From NCBI GenBank assembly GCA_016184225.1, contig JACPDA010000004.1, positions 672,316-736,315 of the forward strand: a stretch of 64,000 nt of DNA. Reading direction: 5' to 3'. Below are positions 60,171 to 64,000 of this stretch, piece after piece (positions within the stretch are counted from its first letter, which is position 1; every line of letters begins with the position of its first letter). The translations under genes were made by a program, and so were the position numbers. The notes beneath the pieces were generated by a model. The model saw only the letters and a list, made by a program, of their open reading frames with translations, was not told the origin of the DNA and searched no databases. The DNA is from Candidatus Daviesbacteria bacterium. GTDB taxonomy: Bacteria; Patescibacteriota; Microgenomatia; Daviesbacterales; UBA10151.

Positions 60171-62657
60171 AGTCACAAAATCTTTAAACTGATTACCTCT
60201 ATCTTCATAATCCTTAAATAAATTAAAGCTGGTTGAAGCAGGGGAGAGGAGAACTATTTTGCCTGGAGTAGTATGTTTAAATGCAATTTCTACTGCATCC
60301 TGCATGCTGTCAGTATCGAATTTCCGAATTTTCAATTTTAAATTTTTAATTTTCAAACTCACAGCTTTCCAGATTTTTGTACCAGTATCCGGAAACAGAA
60401 TTAGGTTTTTTATCTTTGACTTGGCAATTGCCTTACCCAAAATAGAATAATCTATACCTCTGTCATACCCACCGGCAATTAAAGTTTCAACATTTCTTCC
60501 CAGGGCAGCCAGTGCCTCAACTGTAGATTGTGGAATGGTCGACAGCGAATCATTATAGAATCTGATTCCGGAAATTTCAGCCACAAATTCCAGCCGATGA
60601 GGAAGGGGCTTGAAATTGATGATTGCCTCTTCAATTTTCTCATCCGGAATTTTAAATAATCTTCCTATAATAATGGCTGGCACAATATTTAGGAGATTAA
60701 ATTCTCCCAAAAGAGGGATCGTATCTTTGTGTACTACATCCGAAACCATCTGTTTATCTTTCTTGGAAAAGGCAATTTTTTTGGCATGACTTTGTTCCGC
60801 AATATATTTAAACTCCGCAATATCTTGATTATAGATTAGATAATCCTGACTTGTTTGGAACTTGGTGATATTATTTTTTGCCCTGACATAAAGAGGGAAA
60901 TCTCCGTGACGATCTAAATGTTCCGGATAGATATTGGTCATCACGCCTATATGAGGACTTTTATCCAGATCTTCCAGCTGAAAAGAGGAAAGTTCATAAA
61001 CCACTACCGAATTTTCGTTTAAATTGTCTAATAAATCCAGAGCAGGTTTGCCGATATTACCTACCAAATGTGCATCCATTCCGCCCTTTTTTAACACTTC
61101 ATATATTAACGAGGCAGTGGTACTCTTGCCCTTGGTGCCGGTTATTCCAATAATTTTCCCTTTAAAGTTATTGAAAAAAAATTGAGTAGCTGATGTAATA
61201 ACTTTTCCTTGTTTCTTTGCTTCTTTTATTTCCGGAAGATAGGGGATACCCGGAGATTTTATTATTACATCATAATCCTTTAACTTTTCTAAATAATTTT
61301 CTCCATCACTTTGATCTGCAATGCCAATTTTCCTATTGGGGTAGTGTTTTTTAAAATAATCCAGAGTAGCTCTTCCTTCTCTGCCAAATCCTAGAATCAA
61401 AGTTTTCTGATCCTCAAAACTCTGTAAGAGCTTAGGAATTTCCTGACCATCTGTCTTTACCCTTTTAATACTTAAAGAAATTGCAGTTTTTATCTCATCA
61501 ACAGTTGCCACGCACTCAAATGGCTTAACCTCGCCGTTTTCACGGAGCAAGCCGCGAACTACAGGTATCAGATTTTCATCTTCCAATAAATTTTTGCCGA
61601 AAATTTTTTCAGTTTTGCTTCCCAGAAAAGGGTAGAGTAAAAGATAGGTAGATACGCATTTTGGACATTTACCACACCATATGCCTTTTTTAAAACCCTT
61701 GTTACAACTTCTAAACAGTTTGTGATACTTGTCCATCTTAGAAAAAATCTCGGCTATTTGAAGTTCACCCAAGTTCCTTAAGAAGCTAAAATAATTTGTA
61801 ATGGTAGATAAATACTTTTTGGAATAATCCCTAAAATCATGTTCAAATTCAGTAGTTTTGGAGTACTGATGGTTTATTTCCTGACCCAGCCATTTCAGAT
61901 TACTTTCATTAGAACTGGCTTCATTGGAAACAACCAGATTTTTATAGTCATATAAGACTCCGACCAGAGTAGAAAGGAATGCCAAATAAGCAGAAAAGGG
62001 GGTATGGCCATTCAAATATCCTTGCCCATTAAGCTCCAGAAGCTTTGGGTCTATTGTTCTTCTAATAATTATCGGATTTTTACATCCGCCAACTTCTGCA
62101 ATTTTTATTGCCGCATCAGTTGGGTTTAAGATTAGGCAGTTAAACTCTCCTCCCTTCTTACTAATAGACTCCAGTGTCACGGCGGAATCCTTTCCTCCGC
62201 CAACTAAAACCAAATCCCGATCCTGTAAATGCCCAGCATATTTAGCTTGCAACCTTTCAGGTTGACGCACAAATTTAACCAGATCCTTTTGGGTAAAATC
62301 AATCTGGTTCTTATAAAAAAATTCCCCCAGGCCTTTGATTAGGAGATTCTGCCAAAAAGCAATTTGCTCCTCATTTAAGAAACCGGCTTTGATAATAATT
62401 TGCGGGGAACAGGTTGCTTTCCAGTAACTTAGCAGCTCAACCATCCCTAAATTAAATACCAAATTCTGCAATGCTTCCGGGCCAATTTCATCCAGTCTTG
62501 CCTTTGAAACATTCAACAAAATAACTTCCGGGTTAAATTTAATATCAGGATCAAGAAGAAAATCAAAAGCTATTTTTAAATTTCCCTGCTCAAGCACTGT
62601 CTGGTAGCCTTTATAAATAAACTGACTATGTCTTTTCCTGAGTGTATTAAAATTCAT
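60150..62657 (-). CDS. murD: fusion ORF: N-terminal ~400-aa PP-loop ATP-pyrophosphatase-like domain with Cys cluster, plus C-terminal UDP-N-acetylmuramoylalanine--D-glutamate ligase (MurD)
   Basis: C-terminal half has the MurD pattern (ILGFGREGRATLDYF...GTKGKSTTASLI...). N-terminal half has a PP-loop-like LVGGGKDSAVTL and a CGKCPKC zinc-ribbon-like cluster. No in-frame stop or ATG separates the halves. It also contains the REP GCAACCTTTCAGGTTGAC at 62236-62265. Confidence 0.6.
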   Translation of the reverse strand: MNFNTLRKRHSQFIYKGYQTVLEQGNLKIAFDFLLDPDIKFNPEVILLNVSKARLDEIGPEALQNLVFNLGMVELLSYWKATCSPQIIIKAGFLNEEQIAFWQNLLIKGLGEFFYKNQIDFTQKDLVKFVRQPERLQAKYAGHLQDRDLVLVGGGKDSAVTLESISKKGGEFNCLILNPTDAAIKIAEVGGCKNPIIIRRTIDPKLLELNGQGYLNGHTPFSAYLAFLSTLVGVLYDYKNLVVSNEASSNESNLKWLGQEINHQYSKTTEFEHDFRDYSKKYLSTITNYFSFLRNLGELQIAEIFSKMDKYHKLFRSCNKGFKKGIWCGKCPKCVSTYLLLYPFLGSKTEKIFGKNLLEDENLIPVVRGLLRENGEVKPFECVATVDEIKTAISLSIKRVKTDGQEIPKLLQSFEDQKTLILGFGREGRATLDYFKKHYPNRKIGIADQSDGENYLEKLKDYDVIIKSPGIPYLPEIKEAKKQGKVITSATQFFFNNFKGKIIGITGTKGKSTTASLIYEVLKKGGMDAHLVGNIGKPALDLLDNLNENSVVVYELSSFQLEDLDKSPHIGVMTNIYPEHLDRHGDFPLYVRAKNNITKFQTSQDYLIYNQDIAEFKYIAEQSHAKKIAFSKKDKQMVSDVVHKDTIPLLGEFNLLNIVPAIIIGRLFKIPDEKIEEAIINFKPLPHRLEFVAEISGIRFYNDSLSTIPQSTVEALAALGRNVETLIAGGYDRGIDYSILGKAIAKSKIKNLILFPDTGTKIWKAVSLKIKNLKLKIRKFDTDSMQDAVEIAFKHTTPGKIVLLSPASTSFNLFKDYEDRGNQFKDFVTSFKPAD
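62236..62265. repeat. REP-like hairpin (TAGCTTGCAACCTTTCAGGTTGAC) inside the murD fusion ORF
   Basis: Same hairpin as in the REP cluster at 18320-18355 (TTTAGCTTGCAACCTTTCAGGTTGC). Confidence 0.7.
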
Positions 62658-62733
62658 TTGTGCTCTAAATTATACCTTCTAATCAATTTAGATGCTATTA
62701 GCCTCCTTTTGAGGTATAATCTAGCTTCAGAAT

Positions 62734-63357
62734 ATGACTCAAGTTAATAATAACTATTGCACGCTTTACCTGATTCGGCATGGCCAAACAGATTGGAATG
62801 CTAAAGGACTGACTCAAGGCCAAACAGATATCCCCTTAAATTCTGAAGGCATTAAACAAGCACAAACTTTAGGCGAAAGTTTAAAAAATATAAAATTCAA
62901 TGCAATGTTTTCTTCTGATTTAATTAGAGCCAAAAGGACTGCCGAAATTATCGCCCTGGAACGAAAGCTGGCTATCAAAACAACAGAAGCTTTAAGAGAA
63001 CGGTGGTATGGAGAACAAGAAGGCAAGAATGAACAATTACTTCAAAAATATTATAAAGCCTGGGCCACTTTGAGCAGGAAAGAAAGAGCCGCTTTTAAAC
63101 CATTTCCCGACTATGAAACCAATGAAGAGCTAATCAGCAGACTTATTATTTTCTTAAGAGAAATTGCAGTCGCATATCCGGGAAAGACAATATTAATTGT
63201 CAGCCATGGAGGAATTATACGGGCATTTCTAAATCACTTATCTGAAGAAATCTACTTAGACGGAGCTATTAGTAACATGGCATATATTAAACTGGAATCT
63301 GATGGTGTGGATTTTTTTATCAAAGAAATGAAGGGTGTTAAAAAATCCAATGCTTAA
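62734..63357 (+). CDS. histidine phosphatase family protein (phosphoglycerate mutase-like)
   Basis: LIRHGQTDWN catalytic His motif and a C-terminal SHGG motif. Confidence 0.8.
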   Translation: MTQVNNNYCTLYLIRHGQTDWNAKGLTQGQTDIPLNSEGIKQAQTLGESLKNIKFNAMFSSDLIRAKRTAEIIALERKLAIKTTEALRERWYGEQEGKNEQLLQKYYKAWATLSRKERAAFKPFPDYETNEELISRLIIFLREIAVAYPGKTILIVSHGGIIRAFLNHLSEEIYLDGAISNMAYIKLESDGVDFFIKEMKGVKKSNA

Positions 63358-64000
63358 ATTCTTAAATTTTTTTGGAAACAAATATGAAGCTCTAAATCAA
63401 ATAGAGATCTCACGCGATAGCCTACTACACAATTACCGTTATCTGTCTTCCCTTAACAAAAAGGTTAAAATTGCGCCGGTTGTCAAAAGTAACGGCTACG
63501 GGCATGGCATCACAAATGTCGCCAGAATCTTAGATTCCCAAGGAATACCATTTTTCTGTGTTGACAGCCTGTTTGAAGCATATCAGCTGCAAAAGGCTAA
63601 CATTCAAACTAAAATCTTAATCATGGGTTATACAAATCCGGAAAATTTTAAAGTTAAAAAATTACCCTTTGAATTTGCAATTTACGATATTGAGACAGCC
63701 AGAATTCTAAATAAATTCCAGCCAAATTCCAATGTGCATATTTTTGTAGATACCGGCATGCACAGGGAAGGCATAGTTATTGAAGAATTACCCAACTTTT
63801 TAAACCAGATCAAGGAATTATCCAACATTAAAGTCGAAGGATTAATGTCGCATCTTGCATCTTCGGACAACCAAAGTGATTCGCTTTTCCTTGCTCAAAT
63901 TAAGCAGTTTGAAAAAGCAAAAGAAATCTGTAAGAAAATGAAGATCACTCCTAAGTGGTTCCATATCGGCGCAACCGGCAGCATCATCAATCCCGAGACC
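63350..64000 (+). CDS. alr: alanine racemase, N-terminal part (3' end outside window)
   Basis: ATG at 63350 overlaps the upstream stop. Translation gives the PLP-binding motif PVVKSNGYGHG and TIM-barrel N-terminal domain features. It is open to the window end. Confidence 0.8.
   Translation, partial: MLKFLNFFGNKYEALNQIEISRDSLLHNYRYLSSLNKKVKIAPVVKSNGYGHGITNVARILDSQGIPFFCVDSLFEAYQLQKANIQTKILIMGYTNPENFKVKKLPFEFAIYDIETARILNKFQPNSNVHIFVDTGMHREGIVIEELPNFLNQIKELSNIKVEGLMSHLASSDNQSDSLFLAQIKQFEKAKEICKKMKITPKWFHIGATGSIINPET

Overview
This 64-kb window looks like a gene-dense stretch of a small-genome bacterium. The gene set resembles Patescibacteria/CPR: an archaeal-type TyrRS, a short DNA polymerase III delta' and a short ATP synthase delta, a large type IV pilus locus, and many large secreted or membrane proteins of unknown function. 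That lineage assignment is inference only. The housekeeping genes are pheT (3' part), a PBP1A, tRNA-Tyr, tyrS, recG, rpmF, nusB, rnc, rpsP, a KH protein, trmD, a holB-like gene, gyrB, murC, a murD fusion and alr (5' part). There is an F1Fo ATP synthase operon (atpBEFHAGD) with atpC displaced. A surface/glycosylation cluster holds three GT2 glycosyltransferase genes (one a tandem two-domain protein), a DoxX-like membrane protein, a Cys-rich secreted repeat protein and a 903-aa repeat-containing surface protein. A near-complete type IV pilus locus carries pilB, pilT, pilC, pilA, pilD, about 8 pseudopilins, a large putative tip protein and pilMNO. The most striking feature is a REP/RAYT system. 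Four paralogous HUH Y1 transposase genes (RAYT-like, about 220 aa, all on the + strand) are each flanked by direct copies of their own short palindromic REP-like element. At least six REP sequence families are scattered across the window. Many copies sit inside essential coding sequences as in-frame 20-80 nt insertions, in atpA, atpD, recG, tyrS, trmD, murC, the holB-like gene, the murD fusion, a GT2 gene and a prepilin leader. This is analogous to Rickettsia palindromic elements but here sits alongside RAYT genes. Other notable points are a (GGTTACA)x4 heptamer tract inside a glycosyltransferase, a four-helix-bundle gene bracketed by a perfect 13-bp inverted repeat, a CRP-like palindrome beside a Crp/Fnr regulator gene, a consensus sigma70 promoter driving an apparently leaderless gene, and a block of three large uncharacterised proteins.
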